In this document: piece after piece, positions 40,570 through 53,931 of the stretch
Numbering within the stretch: position 1 is the first letter of the stretch
Layout: every line of letters begins with the position of its first letter
NCBI GenBank assembly: GCA_964016885.1
Contig: OZ024740.1
Location: 294,066,001-294,130,000, forward strand
Direction of reading: 5' to 3'
Length of the DNA stretch: 64,000 nucleotides
Origin: Eledone cirrhosa
Lineage: Eukaryota
Translations under genes and position numbers: made by a program
The notes under the pieces: generated by a model
Databases searched by the model: none
The model's input: only the letters and a program-made list of their open reading frames with translations
What the model was told of the DNA's origin: nothing

Positions 40570-41255
40570 CCAAAAAGACCAAGGTCATGAGAACGGCCAG
40601 CAACACAGGTCCAGTGATCAGAGTCAACCAATAGGACCTCGAGGAAGTCAATCACTTCACCTATCTGGGCAGCATCCTGACAAGCAGCGGCAACGCAGAG
40701 CTCGACATCAACTGTCGGATCAGCAAAGGAGCCGCAGTTTTCCAGTGGCTGTGCCCAGTCTGGTCGTCTTCATACATTAGCACCAAGACCATGTTCTGCC
40801 TGTACAAGAGCATCGTGCTGCCGACAGTGCTTTATGCAAGCGAGACCTGGAAGAGTACGGCAAAAATAGAGAGACGGCTGAACGCTTTCCACCAGCGGTG
40901 CCTGCGAAAGATCCTTCGTGTGTCCTGGCGCGACCGAGTGCGAAACGAGGAGATACTGCGGAGAGCCGAGTTGTAGACGCTACAGAGAGTGGTCATGGAG
41001 CATTGGTGCCGGCTGGCTGGCCATATGCTGTGTCTGCCAAATGAACGGCATTCTAAAACAGCGATGAACTGGACTCCGCCTGGCGGTAAACGGAGGCGGA
41101 GTTGCCCAAGGATCACCTGGCGACGAACGTTCCGGAAGGACCTGATGGCAGTCAACATCACCTGGCAAAGTCTCGAAAAAGTTGCCGCTGATCGTGACTG
41201 TAGGCGAGTACTTAGTGCTCGGTGTGCCGAATGGCGTGGAAGAATCTAAGACTAA
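40570..41255 (+). mobile_element. RTE LINE 3' fragment (third family)
   Basis: FTYLGS-like segment, LYASETW, FHQRCLRKILRVSWRDRVRNEEIL, AGHMLC. Confidence 0.8.
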
Positions 41256-41295
41256 GATATATATATGTATATATATACAAGTATATATATGTGTA

Positions 41296-41885
41296 TCATC
41301 ATCATCATCACCGTTTTACGTCCGTTCTTCCACGCTAGCATGGGTTAGACGGGTTGTCCTGTTGTGTGCAGTGTCTGGTCAGCTGACCATGCCTTGCTCA
41401 TACAGGAACTGATCTGGCTTGATTTCTACAGCTGGATGCCCTTCCTAACACCAACCTCATTGACAGTGAGTGCTGGGTGCTTTTTCGTGGCGCCTACACG
41501 TCCACTTTACAGTGTGGGCTGGGTGCTTTTTTGCCGTGGCACCTCCACGACCACCTTGCGGTGGGAGGTGTGGGGGCATATTGTTTATATGCTTCAGCAT
41601 GTACCCATGGGAGGTCGGGTACTCTGTATTACTGCGTGACGCCAGAAGTCACGGTCGTGTGTCATTGTCTTTGAGAGGTGTAGTTAGGTAAGGTCGGCTT
41701 TTATCACCTCATCCCAGGTCATCTTGGGTCTTCCCACTCCGCGGTTTCCATCAACTTCTAGTGTTCTGCACCTTTTTATGCAGCTGTCATCCTTCATACG
41801 CATCACATGTCCATACCAGCGCAACCGCCTCTCCTGCACACAGCATTTGATTCCTCTTATGCTCAGTCTCTCTCTCAATTCATTT
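41296..41885 (-). mobile_element. 3' fragment of the RTE subfamily at 31420
   Basis: Near-identical to 31420-32010. Confidence 0.88.
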
Positions 41886-41924
41886 ATGTATATATGTATA
41901 TATATATATGTATATATATATATA

Positions 41925-42204
41925 TCATTTCATTTTACGTCCGCTTTTTCCCTGCTTGCAAGGGTGAGACGGGAACTGATTCTGGCTTGATTTCTACAGC
42001 TGGATGCACTTCCTAACACCAACCTCATTTACAGTGAGTGGTGGGTGCTTTTTTGCTGTGGCACCTCCACGACCACTTTGCAGTAGAATGATATGGACCT
42101 CAGTCCCTATCATCTCATTTCTAAACTGGAGCAATGTGAAATAAAGTGTCTTGCTCAAGGAAACAACACATCACCCAGTCTGAGAATTGAACTCACAACC
42201 TTGC
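41925..42204 (-). mobile_element. SINE copy, head truncated
   Basis: Same family as 4401. Confidence 0.82.
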
Positions 42205-42205
42205 C

Positions 42206-42269
<64 letters not shown>

Positions 42270-42272
42270 ATA

Positions 42273-42316
<44 letters not shown>

Positions 42317-42328
42317 CGTATGTATATA

Positions 42329-42372
<44 letters not shown>

Positions 42373-42373
42373 C

Positions 42374-42416
<43 letters not shown>

Positions 42417-42417
42417 C

Positions 42418-42505
<88 letters not shown>

Positions 42506-42592
42506 GTATATATATATATATGTATATGTATATATATATATATGTATATGTATATATATATATACTCAGCTGTAGAAATGAGATGATAGGGA

Positions 42593-43020
42593 CTCACCAC
42601 TCTCTCCAACCTAAAATCGAAGAACCTCATCTATCCAGGCGGCGTTGATGTGCTCTTCTATCTGCGCGGGAGTGATTCCCGTGACCTTGGAGTAGAGGTT
42701 GTCATCGTCAAGGTGTTGGAGGACCAGGGTGTTGTAGGCCTCTCTGCTGATGACGCAGAATTCTTTTGCCTTGTCGGAGGGGAGATAGATGAGGTTCTTC
42801 GATTTTAGGTTGGAGAGAGTGGTGAGTTGAGATTTGGTGAGGTTATGTGTTGTGTGTGTGAAGTATATCCGAGATGGAGTGTTTTAGCCTGATGAGTTTA
42901 GTGTCGAGTTCGTGGTTGGTGGGGGGTGGAGTGGGTTGTCGGGGTGGTAAGTGGGTAACTTGGGGTGGGTTGCGTGGGCGCTATTATTTTCTGTGGTGCT
43001 GTTGATGGCGGTCACCCATT
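42593..43020 (-). mobile_element. Internal fragment of a PLE related to 38190-38570, with a short inverted duplication
   Basis: Encodes NLIYLPSDKAKEFCVISRE. 42593-42634 is the reverse complement of ~42783-42826. Confidence 0.78.
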
Positions 43021-43029
43021 TAATGTATG

Positions 43030-43068
<39 letters not shown>

Positions 43069-43219
43069 ATACTTTGGGAGGGTCATGTTGCCAATAAGAA
43101 ACACACGCACCAGTTGCTTTCACTTCAATTTAATTTAATATATATTTATAAATTTACAAATTTATAAATTTCTGGTTGGTTGGTTGGTTCCACAACCAGA
43201 TAGTTGTTTATATATATAT

Positions 43220-43264
43220 AGTCATAGTTCTTTCGTCACACACTCTGTGACCTCTTCAGTGACT
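43220..43264 (-). ncRNA. Hammerhead ribozyme (left arm)
   Basis: Reverse complement of 43372-43416. Confidence 0.75.
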
Positions 43265-43371
43265 GGGGATTTCTTTCTTCGTTTCTGTGCCTTTCCTTTC
43301 TTCTATCCTACGCCATTTTGTGGCGTAGGATAGAAGAAAGGAAAGGCACAGAAACGAAGAAAGAAATCCCC

Positions 43372-43416
43372 AGTCACTGAAGAGGTCACAGAGTGTGTGA
43401 CGAAAGAACTATGACT
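43372..43416 (+). ncRNA. Hammerhead ribozyme (right arm)
   Basis: agtca CTGAAGA g gtcaca-gagtg-tgtgac GAAA gaac TA tgact. Confidence 0.75.
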
Positions 43417-43938
43417 ATATATATATAAACAACTATCTGGTTGTGGAACCAACCAACCAACCAGAAATTTATAAATTTATAAATATATATTAAATTAAAT
43501 TGAAGTGAAAGCAACTGGTGCATGTGTTTCTTATTGGCAACATGACCCTCCCAAAGTATAACAATATCGGTTTCAACACACGATTTCAGATAAAGAATCT
43601 TGCTAAACAAATTCAGAAACGAAATATATATATATATTTATATATATATATTTATATATATTTATGTATATATATATTTATATATATTTATGTATATATA
43701 TTTATATATATATATATAAATATATTTATGTATATATATATATAAATATATTTATGTATATATATATTTATGTATATATATATATAAATATATTTATGTA
43801 TATATATATTTATGTATATATATATATATATATATTTATGTATATATATATATATATATATTTATGTATATATATATATATATATATTTATGTATATATA
43901 TATATATATATTTATGTATATATATATATATATATTTA

Positions 43939-44033
<95 letters not shown>

Positions 44034-44049
44034 TCATTCATTCATTCAT

Positions 44050-44309
44050 TTCATTTCAGTTTTACGTCCGCTTTTCCCTGCTTGCAAGGGTGGGACGGGA
44101 ACTGATACTGGCTTGATTTCTACAGCTGGATGCCCTTCCTAACACCAACCTCATTTACAGTGAGTGCTGGGTGCTTTTTTGCTGTGGCACCTCCATGACC
44201 ACTTTGCAGTGGAATGATAGGGACCCCAGTCCCTATCATCTCATTTCTACAGCTGAGTAAACTGGAGCAATGTGAAATAAAGTCTCTTGCTCAAGGAAAC
44301 AACACATCA
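44050..44309 (-). mobile_element. SINE copy, head truncated
   Basis: Same family as 4401. Confidence 0.85.
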
Positions 44310-44311
44310 AT

Positions 44312-44617
44312 ATATTAAATGGAAACTATATTTATAAAACCATATTTATTTTATTATACGTATGCCACCAAGGCAAATTATGGTCCGCTTTCATCAGATA
44401 AAATACAATACAGATTTGTTTTATAAATAAAAATTGACATACCCTGAAAAAAAGACAACCTTAACGGTTGGAGCTTCCTGGATACTATCCAGGAAGCTCC
44501 AACTGTTAAGGTTGTCTTTTATCTGATGAAAGCGCACCATAATTTGCCTTGGTGGTCCTTGAAATATGTATAATAAAATAAATATGGTTTTATAAATATA
44601 GTTTCCATTTGTTAATA
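44312..44617. repeat. Imperfect foldback element of the same family as 15774-16126
   Basis: Shared arm aaatggaaactatatttataaaaccatatttattt. Centre ggata-c-tatcc at 44485. Confidence 0.82.
44517..44578 (+). ncRNA. Hammerhead ribozyme motif
   Basis: ttttat CTGATGA [aag..cacca/tggtg..ctt] GAAA tatgta TA ataaaa. Confidence 0.68.
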
Positions 44618-46108
44618 TATTGTATATTTACTCCACTACATTGTTGAGTGCTTTATATCAGTTATAAAAAAATGTTTAAGCTTGTTGAATCCCAACAAAT
44701 TAAATATAACCTCTGCACATATATATATATGTCCGTGTGTGTGTTTATGTATATGTGTGTGTACGTGTGTGTGTCCCTGTTTACCTAGTACTGCAGTGGG
44801 AAAGAATCTATTTAGTAGATAAACTAGTTGAAATCCAATCAAGGTTACAATGACATGGTAAAGTAATATAAATATTCGAATCATTGAAGGCGCTCTTAAA
44901 ATTTAAACAGGTTTAGTTTTTGTATTAAAGCTACTAAAATGGCTGAGGAGATGATTGAGGTTTTCTAGCGAATTAAAATAACCATTGCAGACTTATTTAG
45001 TTAGTTAGATAACCACGGACGTGGACTAGTCATAACAAATAGTTGACTTTCAGTTGACTTCTTAATGAATATTTGTAACAACATTGACAGATTAAACAAA
45101 AATATCTTCCGACATTCTGTTAGAGTTTAGTCATTTCCGGCACAAATTAACCATATTTTATATCTAAAAGAAAATATTTACATTGTTCGAATATTAGTCT
45201 CCCCACCGACTTCTATATATTCTTAAACTAGATATTTAAGAATTTAATTAGTAAAAACTGACAATGTAACATGTGTAACTGTGAAGAAGGGAATTTAAGA
45301 CGAGACTGTTGTTATAGATGTTGATAAGTGATCGTTTTAAGATAAATAAATACATTTACACCTGTCACCTGTACAATGAATGCCTTTAAGTCTTCGGCTC
45401 ATAGCCTTAACGAAAACAAAGACAGAAAAAAACAATAAACAAAGAAATGTTAGAATATTAACATTTTCTAACCCTGAAAAGTAAACAAAAACAAACATCT
45501 TTCTGTCTTATCTCACTACAACTGACATTATATTTCTGTATTTCTGTTTTAAATGTTGAGATATTTTCATAAACGAAGCAATCTTATATTCTAATAAATT
45601 CGCAGAAATTCAATAATTTCTTTTTCTAAACAAAACAATTCCATCTTATACAAAATTACGACTGTTTATTATTTCTTTAAAGCAATAATATTAAAATATT
45701 TTATAAAGAAATGTCTTTAAGAAGGTTAATTAAAACGCTGGAAATTCCCCATCTTACACTTCCAAAATATTATTAATATTATTTATTATTTCTGTCGATA
45801 TTTTAATTCGATAAATATTATATTATTATATTCATAGAAATATAATTCTAAAAGAAATTAAATTATTTTTTTTATACATAGATTTCCAAAATATACTGAT
45901 TTCTCATTAATTAATTAAATAATACTATACAAGGAAGATCTTTCATGAAAATATATCTGAATGAAGACAAAAATATTTTCCCTACAAATATTTACTCGTC
46001 TCAATGTAAATAAAATGTTTATAATTTTCTAAAAATTAGTTTATCATTTGTAGACTTTTCAACCAAATGATTTTTTTTCCTCCTCAAAACGAAATATAAC
46101 TATGTATG

Positions 46109-46145
<37 letters not shown>

Positions 46146-46192
46146 CGAGATAGAAAGATAGAGAGAAAGAGAAATTATTCATATTCTTTTAC

Positions 46193-46309
46193 CTTGTTGC
46201 TTTCCTTCCTTTTGTTAAGCACGGGTTTCTCTTTTGGGTCCTTCTTCATGTTGGAATCATTTCCCCCTTTGTTATTGTGTGGTGTTAGTGAGGTTTGCTG
46301 GTCTGGCAT
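46193..46309 (-). CDS. Candidate first coding exon of an unidentified gene (MPDQQTSLTPHNNKGGNDSNMKKDPKEKPVLNKRKESNK)
   Basis: ATG plus open frame (39 codons) ending at AAG|GTAAAA. Higher-GC unique island between CT/GA tracts. No homology recognised. Confidence 0.4.
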
Positions 46310-48049
46310 TTGACAGACATGAAAGATGTTAACCAGATGTGAGAGAGGGTGAGAAACAGGCGGCGTGGGATAGAGGGGGGAGGATAGGAGATATATATAT
46401 AGAGAGAAAGAGATAGATAGATAGAGAAATGGGATAGAGGGAGATATATAGACAGAGAAAGGAAGTGAGAGAGGAGAGGAAGAGAGAGAGAGAGCAAGCT
46501 ATATTTATAGGGAGAGGGAGGGGGATATATATATATATATATATAGAAGCAGAGAAAGGAAGTGAGAGAGAGTATGGTGGGATATATATATATATAGAGA
46601 GAGTGAGGTGGGATAGAATAGAGAGGAGTGAATGAGATATATAGAGAGAAAGAGAGAGAAATGAAGTGAGAGAAAGTGAGATATATAAATATATATATAT
46701 AGAGAGAGAGAGGTGGGATAGAGAGACAATGAGAGATAGATATATATAGAGAGAAAGGGTGGGGGTAGACAGAGAGCTACACAGACTGGTGCATGATCAT
46801 CGCAGGTTGTTGCGAGATTGTCAACAAAAAGCAGATTGTTCAACACAATAGATCAAATTAGTCATATATGTATGTTTGTATGTATATATGTGTATGTATA
46901 TATATTATATATATAAACAACAGACGTGAAATCAGCTGTTTACAATTTGAGGTCTTGTTTATTCGGACGAAAGGTATTTTATAAATCTTCCCAATATTGA
47001 TAAAGATCTAAATTAAAGACATGTAAAGAAAGTCTTAAGTCTAGAAGCACACCATAGATTCAAACTTGGAGGAAAAACTAATCGATATACGAAAAAAAGT
47101 CGTTCCTTTCATCTAAACTGACAGAATATTGCAATAAAGATGAAACCAAACTATTTAAAGAAATGAATCTAGTTTTTTCCCGTCTAGTTGACATAAAATG
47201 TTGTTTGTTTTTTTTTTTGGGGGGGGGGGCAGAGTTTCTTACTGACAAATAAACATTTTTATGATAATTGGTGAGAAGCTAAAAGAATGTAAATAAATCA
47301 AAGAAATCAGTGAAATGTGCTTCTTTTGAAAATCAGGCAGAGAAGATTGTGGGAGAGATCGATGGTATTCTTATAATAAGTGTTTATATAGGAGGAGATA
47401 TCGATGATATTCTTTATATCAAACACAAGTTAAATTGGATGAAGGATGAGTGTCACAAACAACATTTCATACATTCTGCATAAATATGTAATTAAACAAT
47501 TGATAACATAAACTTAGAAAACTGAAAACTTCCAATTTTAGACAGAAGATAAAATATTTTTGTCTTCTTTTGGTTATTGTGTCATTAAGATGTAATCCTT
47601 AAAATGAATTTGGGTGGCAATTATTCCAATAAAAATAATCTGGCTTCTCTATGGTCCAATTTAGTTTATATATATATTCATATATATATAGCTGGCATTC
47701 AGTTACATATATTTCCCCTTAAGGTTTTGTATTTCTGCATTCTTTTCCACTGGCCGAGCAGAATCTGTGATGAGGAATGTGTTTTATAAATTCGCCTAAC
47801 AAAGAACTTATTGGGGTAAATAATTCGGCAATTCTTTCTAAAATACAGTTGTTTGATGTAAATAGAAATCTGTGGCGAAACTAAGTAGTGCAACTTCTAT
47901 AGACACCGTTAAACCTTAAATAACATAAGAACTGCAATAATGTAGACACAGAAACGCTTGATTCTTTTCTCAAAAAAATATATATTAATGGTAATTTAAG
48001 AAGAAAAAAGATTAATATGAAAGACCCAGAATTCAAGATATATCTTGTT

Positions 48050-48400
48050 TACGAAAATACGATTCAAATTTTCTGTTTCGGTGAATCCGAAATTATTTAA
48101 AATATAGTATTTGTAGCAGACACATAGAAGTAGTTTCGCTAAAGAATCCAGCATCACATTAGATCCCCTCGAAGACCTTGCCACGACAATGAAAAGAAGG
48201 TTCAGATGATGATACGGTCAGGTAATAAAATCCAGTGGCCTTGCAAAACAAAAACTGAAGTGGGAGAGAATGAGAGGCGTATAGAAAAACCAGGAGTAGA
48301 AAGCCAAGATCTGGCACACGCAGCTGCGTTAGATGGGGAAAACTGATGTACAGAATGTCACAACGACGCTCCTACAACTCAAACAGGAATTGAGGGCTCC
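48050..48400 (+). mobile_element. Old RTE RT 3' remnant
   Basis: Degenerate KRRFRW-YG-V..SSGLAKT-like segment at ~48190-48250. Confidence 0.4.
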
Positions 48401-50549
48401 AGGAAACAAGGATTAATTAAAACTAGGTCGTTGACTGTTATCACTTTTATCATAACATACGGTATAAATTTCAGGAACCTGACCGAGTTTAAAAATTATA
48501 TATTTGCTATGTAATTAAAAAAAAATAATTTTCAATTTAGTCTTCTGGTTATGTTGATAGTACACAGAAGTAATGAACTAGATTTAATCAATCATAATGG
48601 AATAGATATCTATTATGGAAGGGAGAAAACTAGGTATGACTTTCTACCTTGTACTATAGTCTTTCTCCTTTGATAAGTTCAATTAAGGTAAGGAGTATAG
48701 AGTCTAACATTTCGGGATTTGGGGTCCTTGCCCTTCGTCTCAAAATAAGGAAATACTACTGTCGTTTTGGTTGTGAGTTAAAAGAAGATTACAACCGAAA
48801 GTGACAATATCACTTGGTCACGGTAGATTCATCACTCTAACTTGACTTATCAAACTCCTCTATGACCTAATTGTTAATGCAGGCCATCACCAGACACTTT
48901 GGCTTCCAAATACTTACTTTATCTTGAAAATTTGGAGTTGTATTTGTCTGGAAAGTGACTTAATATGAGACTGTGTTGAAATTGAACCAATTACTGTATG
49001 GAAGTGTCATATTAGACATTTAACTGTCAGTGTAATGAAAACTTTGACACCTATATATATGTGTGTCGATCTGTATGTGGTTGACAGCCGAGAGAAAAGA
49101 ATACTCAATACCGAAGTAGAGTTTTAATATTCATTTTATTCAGGCTAAATAGTGAGTCTTGTTACTCTGGAGTGTTGCCTGTTTATCACACTGTCACCAG
49201 CCTTAAAATGAATATATATATATATAAACGCAAGGCAACATTTTTGTGTTTTAAATGGCTAAAATAACTCTTCCAAGCATTAATTGTTTAACCTTATCTT
49301 ATATACCTGGAAAGATTTTTAAATGCCCTAGAAATGCTTATATAACATCTGGAAATGCCCCAATAACATCTGGAGTTACAGGTCAATACCATATGTATGT
49401 ACGAAACCATAACTCCTGGAGTCATAGGGTTGCCCATCCCCTCACCAGATCTAAATACAACTAATTTTTTCCAGAGAAGGAGAGAGAGAGAAGAAATTAG
49501 GAAGACTGGACTGGTATTTTTTTTATTGACCTTGAAAGGATGAAAAGCAAAGTTGACCTCAGTAGGATTTGAAACCAGAGTGTAGAGATCCAGAATGAAT
49601 ACTGCAAAGCATTCTATCTAATGTTCTAACGACTTTGCTAATAATAAAGATATTCATCGCCTGTTTAGACAAACATAAACACATTAAAACGTTTTATATT
49701 GTAAAAATAGGCTGTATTTAAGAATGGGTTGGTATCAAAAAGGTTAATATTTGAACTTTACTGTAATTGAGAGTCAGTGTACTACTGTAAATAGATGACT
49801 CCATTTCCCATGATAACAAAATCTTAAACTTTTATATATGCAGTGCTGCAGTTACATTAGAATACTCCCAGTACACACTGTAAAGTGGTTGGCTTTAGGA
49901 AAAGTATCCAGCTGTAGAAACCAAGCCCAAAATTGAAAGTATAAGACCAGGCTAGTCTCAGAATGTGACAACCCATCTAACCAATGCCAATGCAAGCATG
50001 GAGAATAGACATTAACCCTTTCATGGCCATATTTCTAAGGAAATACACTCTGTTTCAGTTAATTAATTAAGAATTTTGAAGGATTTACTCTAATTATTAA
50101 TTATTTCATTCCTAAGATAGTAACTTAATATAAGTTTCTTATATAAAACTATGTTGGAAAATTTTAATCTAAATTGGAAATCTTTAAAATGGGTGGCTTT
50201 ATTCTATAGAACCAGAGCCAGTTTTGCCCAGATTGGTAACTAAAGGATTAAATAATGATGGTGATAGTGATGATGATTCTGTTTATGTATGCATTTGTAA
50301 CAAAGTGCAGTTATGAATGATTATACACAGAATTTGGGTGAAGCAGTATTTAAAAAATAACAATTAAAAAAACTAGTCATAAGTGGTTGATTGAGTAGAA
50401 TATAGAACAGTTAGTTGGGCTGACACTTGACTCATGGGTATAATCTCTCTAACTTATAGTAAGGGTATCATACTGACATACAGTTCACTGCTTACACTAA
50501 CTGTATAATGGATAGCTTGTGATAGCAATGGGAAACTACTTCTATATAT

Positions 50550-51090
50550 CTGCCGAGGTCAACTTTGCCTTTCATCCTTACGGGGTCGATAAAATAAAGT
50601 ACCAGTAATGAACTGGGTAATTGCTGGCCTTGTGCCAAACGTAGAAACAATTATTTAAGACAGAAAGGACGTGGATTGGCAGTATCAGTAGAGGGTCTGA
50701 CGCCATGCTTTATAGCAAAGAGTTATGGCCCTTTATGGTCTGAATTCAAATCCCACTGAGGTTAACTTTGCCTTTCATCCTTATGGGGTCGATAAGATAA
50801 AGCACCAGTAATACACTGGCATAATTGCTTGCCTTGTGCCAAAAGTAGGAACAATTATTTAAGACAGAAATAGGGCAGTGGATTGGCAGTATCGGTAGAG
50901 AGTCGGACACCATGCTTTGCAACAGAGTTACGGCTCTTTACGGTCTGAGTTCAAATCCCACCGAGGTTAGCTTTGCCTTTCATCCTTACGGGATCGATAA
51001 AATAAAGTACCAGTCCCGCACTGGGGTCGATTTAATTGACTTGCCCCACCCCCAAAATTTCTGGCCTTGTGCCTATATAAGAAATCATTA
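50550..51090 (+). mobile_element. Three tandem copies of a second cephalopod-type SINE
   Basis: Repeated gaggtcaactttgcctttcatcct..ggggtcgataaaataaagtaccagt with B-box-like GAGTTCAAATCC. Reverse copies at ~49505-49640, ~53450-53570 and ~59790-59920. Confidence 0.75.
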
Positions 51091-51198
51091 TTTAAGTCAG
51101 AAATATTTCAAAGGCATCAATTGACAGTTTTAACTCATTTGATACCAGCCCGCACCTGGTTCTATGAAATAAAACCACTCATTTTGAAGGATGCCTAT

Positions 51199-51510
51199 TT
51201 AACCCTTTAGCATTTACATTACTCTATATTTACTATTATATTTTCATGGTAAAGGCTTTATCTCACATAATGTTGAATCTATAAGATTTTCATATTATTT
51301 ATTTTCAGAACAATACCATAACATCAGTATGGACAGAAAGAGGTGAGAGGATTCTGGCCGTATACGGCCCATTTAAGTGAAAATCTTCCAACAAAATTTT
51401 TTACAAATCCATCTTAATGAAATAATAATTTTAGTAAATCCTTCCAAATTCTAGATTAATTATTCCAAATCCGGTGTATTTCATTAGTAATTTGGTAATG
51501 AAAGGGCTAA
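51199..51510. mobile_element. TTAA-flanked MITE-like element (TTAACCCTT...AAGGGTTAA-type ends)
   Basis: Similar ends at 50012-50250, 56222-56430, 58775-59126 and 59233-59481. 51200-51275 is homologous (reverse) to ~56360-56430. Confidence 0.55.
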
Positions 51511-52480
51511 CATTAGAAAAATGAAAGATACCACCATCCAAGTAGTGCTCTCCAACTTTATGCTGGTATCATGATGAAAAGGCACCAAGTCTACTTTGTT
51601 TGATGGTCATTTTCGTGTCATGATAAAAAGCTCCCAGTCTACACAAAAACGTGGTTGGCATTAAGAAAGGACATCCAACCACAGAAACCAAGCCAAAATA
51701 CAGATCTGTCTGATCAAGACATGGTCACCTAACCCGACTTATCTCATAACCCATCTAACCCATGCAAGTATGGGAAAATAAACAAAAATTCGCAAATACG
51801 ATAAAGTTTGCTTTGGAATTCTCTTCTTTTTTACCCACTTATTCCTGAGAGGCTGATGGGGGCAAAATCCTCACACTCCTAGCAGGTCCTGACAGCATCA
51901 ACCGTCTCCAACTGATCTGGCTGGATCCCCAAGTAAGACAAACCAAGCTCATGGATGTTATCCAACCATGTTGCTCAGGGTCTACTCCTGGTTGGTATTG
52001 CCTATAAAATCTGTCCAGCAATTCTTTCCTGAGACATTCTAACCACATGCCCATAGTTTCGGAGCTGTGATCTCTCAATTTGAAGAAGTAGTGGCTCTAC
52101 CTGGTTTGAATCTCTGATCTCTAAGCTATGCACTAACATTACTCCAAAGACACTTCAGAGGAACCTCATTTTGGCCACTTGTATTTGTGATTGTATTCTT
52201 TCAGTCACAATAAAGTTTGTTTTGGTGGATATGCAAATTCTCAAGTTTCAGGCAGGAATCCCTCTGCCTTATTCTGATTTTTGCAGACCACCATTAGTTT
52301 CCTTAGACTGGTTTTTATTTACTGCTTACAATATTTAATTTTGTCTCCTCACCCAGAACTCACATCTCACCAAGGTTGTCTTTGCCTTTTATTTCTTTAT
52401 CCTTTTATTCTTTTATCCTTTTATTTCTTTTATCCTTTTATTTCTTTTATCCTTTTATCCTTTTATTTCTTTATTTAGAT

Positions 52481-52819
52481 GGAGGCACATGGCTTAGTGG
52501 TTAGAGCATTGGCCTTGCAATCGAAAGGTTGTGAGTTCAATTCTCAGACCGGGTGGTGTGTTGTTTCCTTGAGCAAGGCACTTTATTTCACATTGCTCCA
52601 GTTTACTCAGCTGTAGAAATGAGATGATAGGGACTGGGGTCCCTATCATTCCACTGCAAAGTGGTCGTGGAGGTGCCACGGCAAAAAAGCACCCAGCACT
52701 CACTGTAAATGAGGTTGGTGTTAGGAAGGGCATCCAGCTGTAGAAATCAAGCCAGAACCAGTTCCCGTCCCACCCTTGCAAGCAGGGAAAAGCGGACGTA
52801 AAATGATGATGATGATGAT
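52481..52819 (+). mobile_element. Full-length SINE (best-preserved copy)
   Basis: A/B boxes, body and (ATG)n tail. Confidence 0.9.
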
Positions 52820-53630
52820 CCATACAAGAAATAAAACTGCCTTTGAGCCAAAGTAAGAAAGAAAGACATTTATTTGATAGCATGAATTGTATAACTCAGT
52901 AAATTTAGATATAATGGTACCATTTAATAAATCCCATTTCTTCCAAAGTTTCTGCAAAGCAACATTAATCTAAGGCTTCTCTATAATTATATTTATTTTC
53001 TAAACATCTGTGAAATACATTTTCTTAAATATCTATACTAAATATTTCTATACTATCTCACACAAGACTAGATATTTAATCAACTGAATCAACACCATTT
53101 TTTAAGGTTAAATGTATTATATAAATGTTTTATAAAAGTATTTGATTTATTGATTTTTAGGTGGATGAATGAAAGGCAAAGCTGACAGTAGCAAAAGTTG
53201 AAGTTAAAATGTAAGGGGATTTATCAATCTACTGCAAGCTATTGAGTTCAGCAATTTATAGTTTATGTCAACTCCTAAAACAATAAGTTAAAGACTAATT
53301 TACAAAGAGATGTTATAAAGATAAAACTCTATGGCTGTGTTCTATATACAGATAAGGAGCTGGTAGGAATTCCATATGGTGTATTCAATATAAAATATTA
53401 GTACATAAGAGGTGTAATAGAATTATAGACAGACAGGTTAATAGAAAAGATTGACATTTTTTTATCAACCTCAAATGGATGAAGGGCAAAGTTGATCTCG
53501 GAACAGTGAGCTGAAATGAAATACAGCAAAGCATTCTATCCGATGTTCTAACAACTCTGCCAATTCACCGTCTTATGCTTCCACAATAATAACCAATAAA
53601 ACAAACTGTGATGACAGTGATATATATATA

Positions 53631-53931
53631 TCATCATCATCATTTTACGTCCGCTTTTCCCTGCTTGCTAGGGTGGGACGGGAACTGATTCTGGCTTGAT
53701 CTCTACAGCTGGATGCCCTTCCTAACACCAACCTCATTTACAGTGAGTGCTGGGTGCTTTTTTTCCGTGGCGCCTACATGTCCACTTTACAGTGTGGGCT
53801 GGGTGCTTTTTTGCCATGGCACCTCCACGACCACTTTGCAGTGGAATGATAGGGACCCTAGTCCTATCATCTCATTTCTACAGCTGAGTAAACTGGAGCA
53901 ATGTGAAATAAAGTGTCTTGCTCAAGGAAAC
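53631..53931 (-). mobile_element. SINE copy with an extra internal module
   Basis: Same family; carries the duplicated ggcgcctaca-gtccactttacagtgtgggc unit seen in the LINE 3' UTR. Confidence 0.8.

Larger units (their letters stand above)
43061..43567. repeat. Near-perfect palindrome (~250-bp arms, 5-nt loop); double-hammerhead foldback element
   Basis: Centre cgcca-ttttg-tggcg (43311-43325). One 8-bp indel. Confidence 0.93.

Noticed and set aside
48701-48745. Minus-strand GACGAAggg...cccGAAAtgtt motif
   Set aside because: Resembles an old PLE hammerhead, but the core and stem I are too degenerate to call.
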